From assembly GCA_001001345.1 (NCBI GenBank), contig LCKI01000001.1, positions 339-64,338 of the forward strand: 64,000 nt of DNA, given 5' to 3'. The translations under genes were made by a program, and so were the position numbers. This DNA comes from Parcubacteria group bacterium GW2011_GWC1_45_14 (lineage in GTDB: Bacteria; Patescibacteriota; Minisyncoccia; Moranbacterales; GWC2-37-73). Each line of letters starts with the position of its first letter. Positions within the stretch are counted from its first letter, which is position 1. Positions 38,185 to 48,339 of the stretch are shown here, one piece after another. The notes beneath the pieces are model-generated. The model saw only the letters and a program-made list of their open reading frames with translations. It was not told the DNA's origin and ran no database searches.

Positions 38185-39867
38185 ATGTTCAAATTTCCAG
38201 ATCCAAAAACTAAAGACCCCAAACAATGGAAGATCCAGCGAAGATTGGAAGTGATTCCTGGAATCTTAACCTGGCTGACTATCCTGGGGATGTTTTTCCT
38301 CTCATTCGTTGTTCCGGTATGGGTAGCCGTATTTATCATAGCCTTTGACGTCTATTGGATTTATCGGACGATTTTCATTACTACTTATTCCGTAGTGGCT
38401 TATAGGAAATTCCAGGAAGGAAAAAGCACTGATTGGTGGGAGAGGTGTCAGAACATCGTCGATCCGACTAAATACGCCAGGGACATTTCCGCCAGGATTT
38501 TGCAGATGGAGGGACAGCTCAAGGAAGGATTGCGTTTCGGAGAAAAAAGGAAGGTCAGGAAGGAGATAAGGAGGCAAAAAAAATTCCTTCAGACCGTCAG
38601 GGAGATAGAGAAAAACAAGGACCAAATTTGGGACTGGAGAAAGATCGTGCATGTCGTGATGCTTCCGACGGCCAACGAGCCGGCCGAGGTCATCGAACCG
38701 GCCATCCAAGCCATCGCCGACAGCAATTTCCCGAACCAACAAATCATCATTCTGTTGGCTACCGAGGAAAGGGAGAATGAGAAGCAAAGGACGGAAAAGG
38801 TGGAGTTTCTCAAAAACAGGTTCAAGGGCGTTTTTAGGGATTTTCTGGTGACGACCCACGAGGTCGCGGCGGGAGAACTAAAGTGCAAAGCTTCAAACGC
38901 CACTTATGCGGCCAAGAAATTGCAGGCATATTTGGACGAAAGGAGTATAGACTATAAAAAAGTCGTCTTTTCTAATTTCGATTGCGACAGTGTTTGTCAT
39001 CCGCAATATTTCGCCGCGCTTACCTATGAATATATAACCGATCCCAAAAGACTCCAGCGCTCATACCAGCCCCTTCCCATGTATCACAATAACCTCTGGG
39101 ACACGAACGCGTTCGTGCGCGTCATCGTGACCAGTTCCTCTTTCTGGCACATGTATCAAAGCACCAGAATAGAAATGGTGACTTTTTCGTCGCATAGCGA
39201 ACCATTCGACACTTTGGTCAAAGTGGATTTTTGGCCGGTGAACGTGATAAGCGAAGACTCCATAATCTATTGGAAATGCTACTCCTATTACCATGGGGAT
39301 TATATGGTAAAACCGATTTACCTGCCGATTTCCCTAGATGCCGTGTTGGCTCACACTTACTGGCAGACGATCAAGAACCAATATAAGCAGAAAAGGCGCT
39401 GGGCATATGGAATCGAGAATTTCCCAATGATCATGAGGGCCATCTGGCCTGATAAAAAAATCAAGCTTTCGAAAAAGCTGGGAATCGCTTCTGAGATGCT
39501 CGAAGGGCATCATTCCTGGGCGACATCATCTTTCATTCTGGCTATTCTCGGTTGGCTTCCTCTTATTTTCGGGGGAGCGGCCTTCAATCAAAGCGTGATC
39601 GCCCACAATCTTCCATTCGTCACGAGGTATCTTATGATGTTGGCCATGGGAGGACTCATCGTTTCGATGTTCCTCAGTTTCTTCCTCCTTCCGCCGCGTC
39701 CAGCCAAATATTCCAAAAAGAGATATATCTATATGTTCTTGCAATGGTTCTTGGTTCCGGTCATAGCCCCAACACTGGGAGCTATGCCCGCGATCGATTC
39801 TCAAACCAGGATATTGTTCAAGAAATACTTCGGGGAATTCTGGGTTACTGACAAGATCAGGAAGTAG
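38185..39867 (+). CDS. GT2-like membrane glycosyltransferase
   Basis: LPT.NE, K.SN, FDCD (DxD), SED, QKRRWAYG (QxxRW) and TM helices. Confidence 0.85.
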   Translation: MFKFPDPKTKDPKQWKIQRRLEVIPGILTWLTILGMFFLSFVVPVWVAVFIIAFDVYWIYRTIFITTYSVVAYRKFQEGKSTDWWERCQNIVDPTKYARDISARILQMEGQLKEGLRFGEKRKVRKEIRRQKKFLQTVREIEKNKDQIWDWRKIVHVVMLPTANEPAEVIEPAIQAIADSNFPNQQIIILLATEERENEKQRTEKVEFLKNRFKGVFRDFLVTTHEVAAGELKCKASNATYAAKKLQAYLDERSIDYKKVVFSNFDCDSVCHPQYFAALTYEYITDPKRLQRSYQPLPMYHNNLWDTNAFVRVIVTSSSFWHMYQSTRIEMVTFSSHSEPFDTLVKVDFWPVNVISEDSIIYWKCYSYYHGDYMVKPIYLPISLDAVLAHTYWQTIKNQYKQKRRWAYGIENFPMIMRAIWPDKKIKLSKKLGIASEMLEGHHSWATSSFILAILGWLPLIFGGAAFNQSVIAHNLPFVTRYLMMLAMGGLIVSMFLSFFLLPPRPAKYSKKRYIYMFLQWFLVPVIAPTLGAMPAIDSQTRILFKKYFGEFWVTDKIRK

Positions 39868-39931
39868 CGGCCGGCTTGAATCATCCCGCACTTAGGCGAA
39901 AATCCGATATTAATATTCGCGGATAAATCCA

Positions 39932-40963
39932 ATGGATCATTCTCTATATCTTTTGCCTTTTCTCTCTTCTTTTTCGATAGCCTTGGCATTGTTACTTTTT
40001 TTGCTTTTTGCGAAAGGATTCGTTCCGGAAAAAAGAAAGGCAGCTAGGCATATCCACGGGAAGGGAGTTTCCAGGCTCGGGGGTATCGCTATTATTCTGT
40101 CGTTCGGAGCTTCTTTGCTTTTGGACCCCAATCTTTTCATCTCCCGTCCGCTACAGGGGGTGTTGATAGCGCTTGTCTTCGTTTTCATAGTCGGCTTATG
40201 GGATGATGCCAGGGAACTGGATTGGAGGGCTCAGATTTTTTTTCAAATAGCTATCGTCGTCTTCATTTTTATCATGGGGGTGAGGGTGGAATATGTCTCC
40301 AATCCCCTTGGCGGAGTTTTTGAGTTGAATCCTGAGAAATTCTTTCTACCTAGCCTTTTGCTGATAGTGGCTTGGGTTATCATCCTTATGAATTCCATGA
40401 ATTGGGTGGACGGGGTGGATGGTCTCAGTGGGGGAATAACGCTTATCGGAGCAATCACTATTTTTTTGCTCAGTCTGAAGCCGGAAGTGAATCAGCCCCC
40501 GGTGGCCATCATAGCGGCGTCTTTGGTCGGAGCAGTGTTGGCCTTTCTTATTCTCAATTTCCACCCATCAAAAATTCTCGCAGGCACGAGCGGTTCCATG
40601 TTCATGGGCTTCATTCTGGCTATCTTGGCCGTTTTTGCGGGAACGAAAATAGCCACGGCCCTCTTGGTTATGGCTATACCTATTGCGGATGCTTGCTGGG
40701 TGATTTTTGAAAGAATCAGAAGCGGCCAGTCGGTGTTCGAGGCGGACAGAAGACATCTCCATCACAAGCTTTTGGAGCTGGGCTGGAGCCAGCGGAAAAT
40801 CTGCCTGTTTTTTTATATCATTACCGCTCTTATAGCCGCGGTAGCGCTCAACACCAGGACGATCGGCAAAGCAGTGACGATTCTGCTGGTTGCAGTCATA
40901 ATGCTTGCCATGCTTTATTATATAAATAGGAGAACCAATTCCGTTACAAATAAGGTTATTTGA
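39932..40963 (+). CDS. MraY/WecA/TagO-family polyprenyl-phosphate HexNAc-1-phosphate transferase
   Basis: GGIAI, GLWDD, N.MNWVDGVDGL, NFHPSKI..G, DRRHLHH.L. Confidence 0.9.
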   Translation: MDHSLYLLPFLSSFSIALALLLFLLFAKGFVPEKRKAARHIHGKGVSRLGGIAIILSFGASLLLDPNLFISRPLQGVLIALVFVFIVGLWDDARELDWRAQIFFQIAIVVFIFIMGVRVEYVSNPLGGVFELNPEKFFLPSLLLIVAWVIILMNSMNWVDGVDGLSGGITLIGAITIFLLSLKPEVNQPPVAIIAASLVGAVLAFLILNFHPSKILAGTSGSMFMGFILAILAVFAGTKIATALLVMAIPIADACWVIFERIRSGQSVFEADRRHLHHKLLELGWSQRKICLFFYIITALIAAVALNTRTIGKAVTILLVAVIMLAMLYYINRRTNSVTNKVI

Positions 40964-40966
40964 GAC

Positions 40967-41419
40967 ATGCAAAGAATTAAAAAATACATGGTCGTTTGGG
41001 CGGTTTCAGCGGTGCTCATGGTGGTCCTGGTCTTTTTCGCATACCCTGGTTCTTATTCTGTTCATGGCAATGCCGTGAAAAACGCTTCTTTGGATGGGGA
41101 AAATTTGCGCGTGGAAATCGTGGATACGGCGGAAAAGATGCGGCAGGGACTAGGGGGAAGAAAGGGGATTTGTGAGAGATGCGGCATGCTGTTCGTTTTT
41201 TCCGAAAGTGGCAAGCATTCTTTTTGGATGAAGGGCATGGAATTCCCATTGGACATCCTTTGGTTGAGAGACGGAAAAGTGGTGGCGATAGAGGGCGGTG
41301 TTTCCCGTGATTCGAGAGAAATTTTTTCCCCCGATGTCGTTTCTGACCAGGTCCTGGAACTTAACGCTGGCATGGCCGACGGACTTGGCATAGGGATCGG
41401 CAGCGAACTGGCGCTTTGA
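40967..41419 (+). CDS. DUF192 family protein
   Basis: VEIVDT....QGL, GMLFVF, FWMKGM.FPLDILW, VLELNAG. Confidence 0.88.
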   Translation: MQRIKKYMVVWAVSAVLMVVLVFFAYPGSYSVHGNAVKNASLDGENLRVEIVDTAEKMRQGLGGRKGICERCGMLFVFSESGKHSFWMKGMEFPLDILWLRDGKVVAIEGGVSRDSREIFSPDVVSDQVLELNAGMADGLGIGIGSELAL

Positions 41420-41433
41420 TCCAATAAACAGCC

Positions 41434-41467
41434 AACATAAAACCCCGCATTTGCGGGGTTTTATGTT
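41434..41467. terminator. Bidirectional intrinsic terminator
   Basis: AACATAAAACCCCGC-attt-GCGGGGTTTTATGTT. Confidence 0.75.
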
Positions 41468-41534
41468 ATCTATAAAGATTTGAATTTCTTGTCTTAAAGA
41501 ACGATGTCGTCAGATTTCCCGACACTGGCAATCC

Positions 41535-42131
41535 CTATGACAGGGAGGTTACTAGCGCTGAGTATTTCTGCAAATTCTGGAGCTGCTTCTCGTTCAGGTT
41601 TTTGGACTGTCCGATAGCATTCTGGATCAGTTCCTTGGAGAATTCTATCGTCGTTCCCGGGTGTACTCTTTCCTGGAATCCGACATTCTTCCTGAGGTAA
41701 TCTTCGATGTAGATCTTGTGTTCCTTGGTCAATGCTGAGTCCGGATTCTTTTCGAGGTAATTGGCGAGAGCTCTACGTGCCAAATGGGTCACGCCGTCTC
41801 CCTTCACTGCTGTTTCTACGAATGAAGATTCCGTTTCTTTGCTCACAGGAGCCTGTACTTCTTCGGCAGCTTTTGGGGTTTCCGTTCCGGCAACCTGTTG
41901 TCCGGCCTGTTCTCCTTCAATCTCGACGGTTCCTTGTTCCTGCGTCTCGGTCTGCTGTTGGGAACCTTCTTCGACTACCGCAAGCTTTTCTGATCTTTTG
42001 GAGTAAGAATAGATTCCTCCGGCTATAGCTACCACGATAATGACGCTCACGATGATACGCAGATTATCCTGAAACCATCTTTTTGCTGCATCAGCCTTGG
42101 TTTCCTGTGACTGGGGTGTTGTTTCTTCCAT
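41535..42131 (-). CDS. Membrane-anchored hypothetical protein with a possible LysM-like C-terminal domain
   Basis: N-terminal TM helix, E/Q-rich linker, AVKGDGVTHLARR...VHPGTTIEF; SD-like GGAAGGTGA upstream. Confidence 0.75.
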   Translation of the reverse strand: MEETTPQSQETKADAAKRWFQDNLRIIVSVIIVVAIAGGIYSYSKRSEKLAVVEEGSQQQTETQEQGTVEIEGEQAGQQVAGTETPKAAEEVQAPVSKETESSFVETAVKGDGVTHLARRALANYLEKNPDSALTKEHKIYIEDYLRKNVGFQERVHPGTTIEFSKELIQNAIGQSKNLNEKQLQNLQKYSALVTSLS

Positions 42132-42957
42132 ATTTTCACCTTCCTTCCTAGTTTAATCATTAATGGCCGAATGCTTTCGTTGAAGCGCCCTTAAAGCTCC
42201 GAAGAGCTTCTCGACCCACTCTTTCCTTCATTGTATAAGAGGCATATTTGCGCGTCAACTAGACAATGTGGGCATTTATTGTCGTAATAAAGCGGCAAAG
42301 AACACCTTATCATTCGCTGATTGCCTACCCTAATAGTCAGATATTTTCCCGAGGAAGCAGGGAGGAGGTGATCGGGAATCGAGAAGAAACCGGAGGCAAA
42401 TTTTCGAAAAAGGGCGTAGCTGATCATAAGAGAAATAGCGGATATTTTTTTTCAATATTTTTTTAAAAAAAATAAAGTGAAAAAATGCCTTGCTAAAATT
42501 TTTTTTGAAAAATTCTGACAAGGATAATGTTCGATCCCACGAATGATCCCTGGAGGAGTGGCGGATTGGTTGGGCGGATACACTGCGTGACTTTTTCACC
42601 TTACCTGATATTATCCAGTAAAAATCGATGTTAAAAACATTTTGAAAAAATAAAAATCATTTAAAAATTTTTTTCACCTCCCGTAACTTTTTACGCGGTG
42701 AAACGGGTGGGTGTGGATAACTTTTTTGCATTGCTTTTTTAAAAAAATAACTTATACTTAAGACATGAGAAAATTATTTTTGAAAAATATTTTTAAAAAT
42801 AATTTGTAGTAAGTTCTGTGAAAACAAAATTTAAAAATTAAAATAAAATTTTTTATACCGGTGCATCAAATGATGTTGTCGGGAAAAAAATAAAAGCTGT
42901 CGAAGATGCGGTGTGCGGATGTTGGTCTTGCGTCTTTCTCAAAGATAAAAACAAAAA

Positions 42958-43020
42958 TTCACCCAGTTAAATAATTTTGCTTTTGGCAAAATTTCCGCAA
43001 AGCGGAATTTAACGGGGCAA
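42958..43020. repeat. Three-way-junction repeat, copy 5
   Basis: TTCACCCAGTTAAAT-[AATTTTGC/GCAAAATT]-[TCCGC/GCGGA]-ATTTAACGGGGCAA. Confidence 0.85.
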
Positions 43021-43106
43021 GAAAGATTATCTGAAAAAAAGACGCGGGGCTAACAGCTTCGTATACTACAGGATTTCTGACAGTATTTTAGAAGGAGGTG
43101 ACTATC

Positions 43107-43244
43107 ATGGCAAAGAAAAAAGTAGCTAAAAAAGCAGTAAAAAAGGCTGTAAAAAAAGTTGCAAAGAAGAAAGTTGCTAAAAAAGCTCCTAAAAAAGCTG
43201 TAAAAAAAGTAGCAAAGAAGAAGACTGCAAAAAGAAAAAAATAG
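43107..43244 (+). CDS. Histone H1-like Lys/Ala-rich small protein (45 aa, absent from the ORF track)
   Basis: MAKKKVAKKAVKKAVKKVAKKKVAKKAPKKAVKKVAKKKTAKRKK; strong SD AAGGAGGTGA; terminator downstream. Confidence 0.85.
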   Translation: MAKKKVAKKAVKKAVKKVAKKKVAKKAPKKAVKKVAKKKTAKRKK

Positions 43245-43287
43245 TATTTTGAATCTCACTAAGCTTAAATGCTTTTAGTGCGCACAA

Positions 43288-43317
43288 GCAAAAAACCACC
43301 AAATGGTGGTTTTTTGC
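43288..43317. terminator. Bidirectional intrinsic terminator
   Basis: GCAAAAAACCACCA-aa-TGGTGGTTTTTTGC. Confidence 0.75.
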
Positions 43318-43348
43318 GTTATCGCTGCCATGTTTTAACGCCTTGAAA

Positions 43349-44269
43349 TCAATACGTCAAAGTGACTTTCGCCACCCTCCATTTTCCGGCCAGATCTTTT
43401 TTAAATTCCGTTTTCGCCTCGGGAAAGATTTCTTTTATGAGATCTTGAAGAGATGTTTTTTGCTCCGGACTTATTTCCATGTAGCATGTGACGTGTGCCA
43501 TTCGGCATGCAAGCGATTCCTTTATCTGGCTAAGAAGTTCCTCGTAGTGGCCCAGGCCTTGCTTGGGACTATACAGCGCCGATTTCGGTTCGAAATCCTT
43601 CACATCCTTGGGCGCGCTTTCGTAAATATCTTTTGAGAGATAGGGGAGGTTTGCCAGAATCACTATTTTAGAATTTCTAATTTCTAATTTCAAATTTCGA
43701 ATGAGCGGCTCGAGCAGGCTTCCATGCAGAAAGTCTACATCGTCAGCTACCTTATGGAGCTTGGCGTTTTTCTGGGCAACTTCCAATGCATCTTCACTCA
43801 TGTCGATCCCAAATAATGAGACGTGCTTATTGTTTTTCAATTCATGCGCAAGTGAGATTATGATGTTTCCTGATCCTGTTCCGATGTCGGCGACCGCGAT
43901 GCCGTCGCTTTGGCTGCGCAGCCCATCTTCGTCATGTTTCGTCGAGGCAAGCATGTTGCGTAGCAGTTTCAGTGAATCCTCGACGAGTATTTCCGTTTCC
44001 GGGCGGGGAATCAGGGTGTGCTTGTTGACGGAGAAATCCAATCCGTAAAATTCCTTGTGCTCCGTGATGTAAGCGAGCGGCTCACCCTTGATTCTTCTTC
44101 CTATATTTTTTTCAATTACGGATGACTGGTGACTAGTAACTGTCGCCTCCGGATGCGTTAAAATAAATTCCCTCGGCTTGGCAAGGGAATTTGCGATGAT
44201 AATCTCGGTATCGAACGCGTCCAGCTTATTTTTGTATTTTTGGATGATATTTTTGATCGTCATTATCAT
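43349..44269 (-). CDS. prmC: Release factor glutamine methyltransferase PrmC/HemK
   Basis: [36 protein letters not shown]; directly downstream of prfA. Confidence 0.93.
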   Translation of the reverse strand: MIMTIKNIIQKYKNKLDAFDTEIIIANSLAKPREFILTHPEATVTSHQSSVIEKNIGRRIKGEPLAYITEHKEFYGLDFSVNKHTLIPRPETEILVEDSLKLLRNMLASTKHDEDGLRSQSDGIAVADIGTGSGNIIISLAHELKNNKHVSLFGIDMSEDALEVAQKNAKLHKVADDVDFLHGSLLEPLIRNLKLEIRNSKIVILANLPYLSKDIYESAPKDVKDFEPKSALYSPKQGLGHYEELLSQIKESLACRMAHVTCYMEISPEQKTSLQDLIKEIFPEAKTEFKKDLAGKWRVAKVTLTY

Positions 44270-45345
44270 TGCTTATCCGAAGAAAGGAGTTTCTTGATAT
44301 TTTCTTCTTGGAGTTCGTTTAGGATATCCTCCAGGTTTCCATCAAGCACTCCCTCGATGTTGCTCCAGGATTGCTTGATGCGGTGGTCGGTAATCCGGTC
44401 TTGCGGGAAATTGTATGTCCTGATTTTTTCGCTGCGGTCGCCTGTTCCGATCTGGCTTTTTCTTTCATCGCCGAGTTCCTTGGCCTTCCTTTCCTCTTCG
44501 GCCTGGACAAGTCTCGATCGCAGGACCTTCATGGCCTTGTCCTTGTTCTTGTGTTGGGATTTCTCATCCTGGCAGGAGACTATGAGGCCGGTCGGGATAT
44601 GCGTGATGCGGATAGCTGATTTGGTGGTGTTGACCGATTGTCCACCGGGACCGGAGGAGCAGAAGGTATCTATGCGCAGATCATTCGGGTTGATTTTGAA
44701 TTCAACTTCTTCGATTTGAGGAAGCACCGCTACTGTCGCGGTGGACGTGTGGATCCTGCCCATCTTTTCGGTTTCCGGAATCCTCTGCACGCGATGCACT
44801 CCGGATTCATGCTTGAGACTCCTATATACCGGGACGTCGCCGGTCGAATTTATTTCAAAAACTATTTCTTTGAACCCTCCGAGGTCGCTCTGGTGCGAAT
44901 CCATGACGGAAACCTTCCAGCCCCTCTTTTCTGCGTACTTTGAATACATCCTGAAAAGGTCTCCGGCGAAAAGGGAGGATTCATCTCCTCCGGCTCCCGC
45001 GCGGATTTCCATGATCACGTCTTTGCTGTCATTGGGGTCTTTCGGGAGCAGCATGAACTCGAGCTCCTTTTCCAACCCTTCCTTCTTTTTAGCCAGTTCG
45101 ATGCTCTCCTCCATGGCCATCTGTTTCATTTCCTCGTCAGTTTCCATGTTCATAATCTCGGCGTTTCCCTTCATGTCTGATTCGATCTTTTCCAATTCCT
45201 CAATTGTCCTGATGGTTTCGGAAAGTTCGGATTGCCTTCTTCCCAGAGTAGCCATCTTTTTGGGATCGGAAACTATCTCAGGGGAATTGAGTTGGTCGGA
45301 GATGTCCTGGTATTCTTTTTTGATTGCGTCTATTTTGTTCTTCAT
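44266..45345 (-). CDS. prfA: Peptide chain release factor 1
   Basis: [24 protein letters not shown] (PxT), [15 protein letters not shown]. Confidence 0.97.
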   Translation of the reverse strand: MKNKIDAIKKEYQDISDQLNSPEIVSDPKKMATLGRRQSELSETIRTIEELEKIESDMKGNAEIMNMETDEEMKQMAMEESIELAKKKEGLEKELEFMLLPKDPNDSKDVIMEIRAGAGGDESSLFAGDLFRMYSKYAEKRGWKVSVMDSHQSDLGGFKEIVFEINSTGDVPVYRSLKHESGVHRVQRIPETEKMGRIHTSTATVAVLPQIEEVEFKINPNDLRIDTFCSSGPGGQSVNTTKSAIRITHIPTGLIVSCQDEKSQHKNKDKAMKVLRSRLVQAEEERKAKELGDERKSQIGTGDRSEKIRTYNFPQDRITDHRIKQSWSNIEGVLDGNLEDILNELQEENIKKLLSSDKQ

Positions 45346-45535
45346 ATGGATACTGTGTCGATAATGCGAATTTATGGGGAATATGATATGATTAAACCAT
45401 AAAATACGCGTAAATACAGTTTATCTTTCAAAAGGGGGAAAGTCAATGAAGGAGGATGAGGGAGTGTTATCCAGGCTTTTCGCGATAGGCTGGAGAGGCG
45501 AAAAAGGTCAGCTGAAAATCGAAATTTAATAATCA

Positions 45536-45709
45536 ATGAAAAAGCTTATGTTCAAAGATAAAATAGCTTTACTGATAAGGAGGATTATCGGTGGATATTC
45601 CAATCACATAGGGAAGTTGGAAAACGAGCAGAATAAGCTCATCGACGAATTCGTCCTGAAATTGGAAGAAAAAAAGAAAGAAAATTTAAGGAGAGAAATT
45701 GATAAATAA
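45536..45709 (+). CDS. Small hypothetical protein (57 aa)
   Basis: MKKLMFKDKIALLIRRIIGGYSNHIGKLENEQNKLIDEFVLKLEEKKKENLRREIDK; ends 6 nt before the next ATG. Confidence 0.55.
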   Translation: MKKLMFKDKIALLIRRIIGGYSNHIGKLENEQNKLIDEFVLKLEEKKKENLRREIDK

Positions 45710-45715
45710 ACACAT

Positions 45716-46831
45716 ATGTTCAAATTGGATGAAAATTTTCAAACAAAAAAAGATCCTTCAGTCGGGAGCAACAAGCTTGAAAGAGGGTTCGCGGAAAAAA
45801 CTTTGGAAAAAGATGTCCTGGGTATGGAGGACAAGGCGCTCGAATTGAAAAAAAGAGGGGATGCGAGATTGGAAGAAGCGCTCGAATTATGCGGATTGGA
45901 AACTGAACAAATAGCGAGAATAAAGAAGGAATTGAAAATCGATGAGAAAATGAGAGATATAAACATACGGGCAAACAATTCCCTGGCCCGCGCTTTTCAT
46001 TTCGTGAAAAAGACGATCACTGTCGGCCTGGCATTTCTGGCCTTTTCGGGAGATGCGATGACCGGCCAAGCGCAAACCGATGGGTATGAAAAAATATTAG
46101 AGGAAGTGACGATGAGAATGAAAGAGATCGCTTCGGATAGCGCCAAGGAAATCAGGCGTACGCTGCAAGAGCATATCGCAAGCAAGGAGTATTTGGACAA
46201 GCTGGCGCTTGAGTTTGATGGGGACCTTGGGATGGCGGAAGATGCTCAAAAAAGAAGATTGGAATATTTGACCTCGACAAGCTCCGAATTTATGAGTTAT
46301 GACGATATCCAGATTGAAATGACCAGAAGAGAAGGCTCCTTTGAGATCCCAAGGTGGCTTGCGGAATTGAGTTTCATAAAAAAAGATTTCAAGACCGTTG
46401 CTTTTTACAGTACTTCTGAACATAGCGCGTTTCTTCCATTGGGTGAAAACAGGGAAGCGGTCGAGCATGAGCTTCTGCATGCCAGCACGAAAGGCCGAAA
46501 GGATATATCCGGGACTGCTAAAAAAATGCTTCGCGATTCCTATGATCCGTTGCATGACGAAGAAAGTGACAGGTATCATATCAACCCGACGGAAAGATTG
46601 GTCAGGAAACAGATGCTGGATCTGGAAATGGAAGAACTCGGCATCAAGGGGTATGGGGAAAAATTCACACATGACCATTATGAAACCCTAATCGACCTAT
46701 ATAACAAAGGGGAATTATCCCAAGGCGCCCGCGAATTCATTGAGACGACCAAGGCGGAATATTTCGAAGAGATTTTCAACGGGATAGCCGGTTTCAGTTT
46801 TGATTCTCCCGAGGTGGAAAATATTTCCTAA
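45716..46831 (+). CDS. Hypothetical protein with HExxH zincin-like motif
   Basis: Internal hydrophobic segment, EHELLHAS, downstream Y...PTE..VR. Confidence 0.7.
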   Translation: MFKLDENFQTKKDPSVGSNKLERGFAEKTLEKDVLGMEDKALELKKRGDARLEEALELCGLETEQIARIKKELKIDEKMRDINIRANNSLARAFHFVKKTITVGLAFLAFSGDAMTGQAQTDGYEKILEEVTMRMKEIASDSAKEIRRTLQEHIASKEYLDKLALEFDGDLGMAEDAQKRRLEYLTSTSSEFMSYDDIQIEMTRREGSFEIPRWLAELSFIKKDFKTVAFYSTSEHSAFLPLGENREAVEHELLHASTKGRKDISGTAKKMLRDSYDPLHDEESDRYHINPTERLVRKQMLDLEMEELGIKGYGEKFTHDHYETLIDLYNKGELSQGAREFIETTKAEYFEEIFNGIAGFSFDSPEVENIS

Positions 46832-46857
46832 AAAGGAAATATTCATTTGTTTGCAAT

Positions 46858-46887
46858 AAAAAACCCGGCCGATGTGGCCGGGTTTTT
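46858..46887. terminator. Bidirectional intrinsic terminator
   Basis: AAAAAACCCGGCC-gatgt-GGCCGGGTTTTT. Confidence 0.75.
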
Positions 46888-46902
46888 CGAAGTCGGAATA
46901 AC

Positions 46903-47181
46903 TTATTTCTTTTTCTCTTCTTTTTTGACGGCAGGCTTCTTCGCGACCTTCGCTTTTTTGGAAGCTTCCTTTTTGGCTTCGGATTTTTCCGCGAGCTTCT
47001 TGAAGCGGTCTACGCGTCCGGTCGTGTCCAAAGTCTTTTTCTTTCCGGTATAGAAAGGATGGCACTGTGAGCAGATTTCTATATTCATCTCTTTCTGCGT
47101 AGCTCCGGTAGTCAAAACCGCTCCGCAAGAGCAGGTTATTTTCGCTTCGTCATAAAACTTCGGGTGGATATTCTTCTTCAT
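46903..47181 (-). CDS. rpmE: 50S ribosomal protein L31
   Basis: [30 protein letters not shown]. Confidence 0.97.
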   Translation of the reverse strand: MKKNIHPKFYDEAKITCSCGAVLTTGATQKEMNIEICSQCHPFYTGKKKTLDTTGRVDRFKKLAEKSEAKKEASKKAKVAKKPAVKKEEKKK

Positions 47182-47498
47182 GGATGTTCTCTGTGAATTG
47201 CGAATCCATACGATATATACGGATCCGAATAGATGATAATATTGTTACTAGGGCAATTTAGCACGTCTTATCAGAATTGACAAGGGCCAAAGGTCTGCTA
47301 TACTGAAGCTCGTACTCACTATTTGAATAAAAAACATATTTTTTCCCGGTCTCTTCCTGCCCCGAAATATCGGGGTTGAGGCTCATATAAAGGAAAAAAT
47401 AGGTGATTACTCCCGCTCCAAGAAGGCGGATGTTAATAAATTAAGGAAAATCCCAACTGAATAAATTCGCTTTTTTTGAAAAAGCGGGGTTTGGCGGG

Positions 47499-48287
47499 AT
47501 GAAAACGATGAAAAAAGAAGAAAAAGCCCCGGTGGCTGCGACTGCGGTTGCGAAAAAGGAAGAAGGAGCTGAGAATTATTTCTCGACTCTCGATTTTTCC
47601 GCGTTGGAAGTGAGTATGGAAGAAATGCTCAAGGCGGGTGTCCATTTCGGTCACCAGAAATCAAGAAGGAATCCGAAGATGAATGAATACATCTTCACGA
47701 CGAAAAAGAGCATAAATATCATCGACCTCTCGAAGACCCAGCAGAAGGTTTCCGAGGCGCTTGAATTCATCAAGGAGCTTAGGAAAGAGGGAAAGCACAT
47801 TCTATTCGTGGGAACGAGACCCCAGGTGAAGAACTTGGTGGTTTCAGCCGCCAAGTCTGTCGAAATGCCATATGTCGTTGAGAGATGGCTCGGTGGAACA
47901 TTTACGAACTTCAAGAACATCAGATCAAGGACGAGATACCTCGTTGATTCCCAGGCTATGATGGAGAAAGGGGAATTTCAGAAATACACCAAATTCGAAA
48001 GAATGAAGAAGGTGGAAGAGCTTGAAAAAATGGAAGAAAGGATGGGTGGAATAAAGCACATGAGCGAGCTTCCAGGAGCTATTTTCGTAACCAGCGTTAA
48101 GGAGGATAGGATCGCCATCAATGAAGCGCAGAAAATCGGCATCCCTGTGATCGGAATCTCCGATACGAATACGGATCCGACCCTTGTCGATTATCCTATT
48201 CCAGCGAACGATGACGCTCTTTCATCCGTCAAGTTGATTCTGAGCTACGTCTGCAAGGCCCTGTCGACAAGCAAGAAACAGGCATAA
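47499..48287 (+). CDS. rpsB: 30S ribosomal protein S2
   Basis: MLKAGVHFGH, RWLGGTFTNF, DTNTDP, IPANDD. Confidence 0.97.
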   Translation: MKTMKKEEKAPVAATAVAKKEEGAENYFSTLDFSALEVSMEEMLKAGVHFGHQKSRRNPKMNEYIFTTKKSINIIDLSKTQQKVSEALEFIKELRKEGKHILFVGTRPQVKNLVVSAAKSVEMPYVVERWLGGTFTNFKNIRSRTRYLVDSQAMMEKGEFQKYTKFERMKKVEELEKMEERMGGIKHMSELPGAIFVTSVKEDRIAINEAQKIGIPVIGISDTNTDPTLVDYPIPANDDALSSVKLILSYVCKALSTSKKQA

Positions 48288-48339
48288 ATAAATTTGAAAT
48301 TTGAATTGAAAAATTAAGAATTTAAAATTGCATACGAAT

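Noticed and set aside
42560-42860. AT-rich region with a DnaA box as a possible oriC
   Set aside because: Only one perfect box was found and dnaA/dnaN are not nearby; kept only as a possible regulatory site.
47335-47440. Possible S2 autoregulatory leader upstream of rpsB
   Set aside because: Hairpins are present but cannot be matched to the known motif by eye; an Rfam search is needed.
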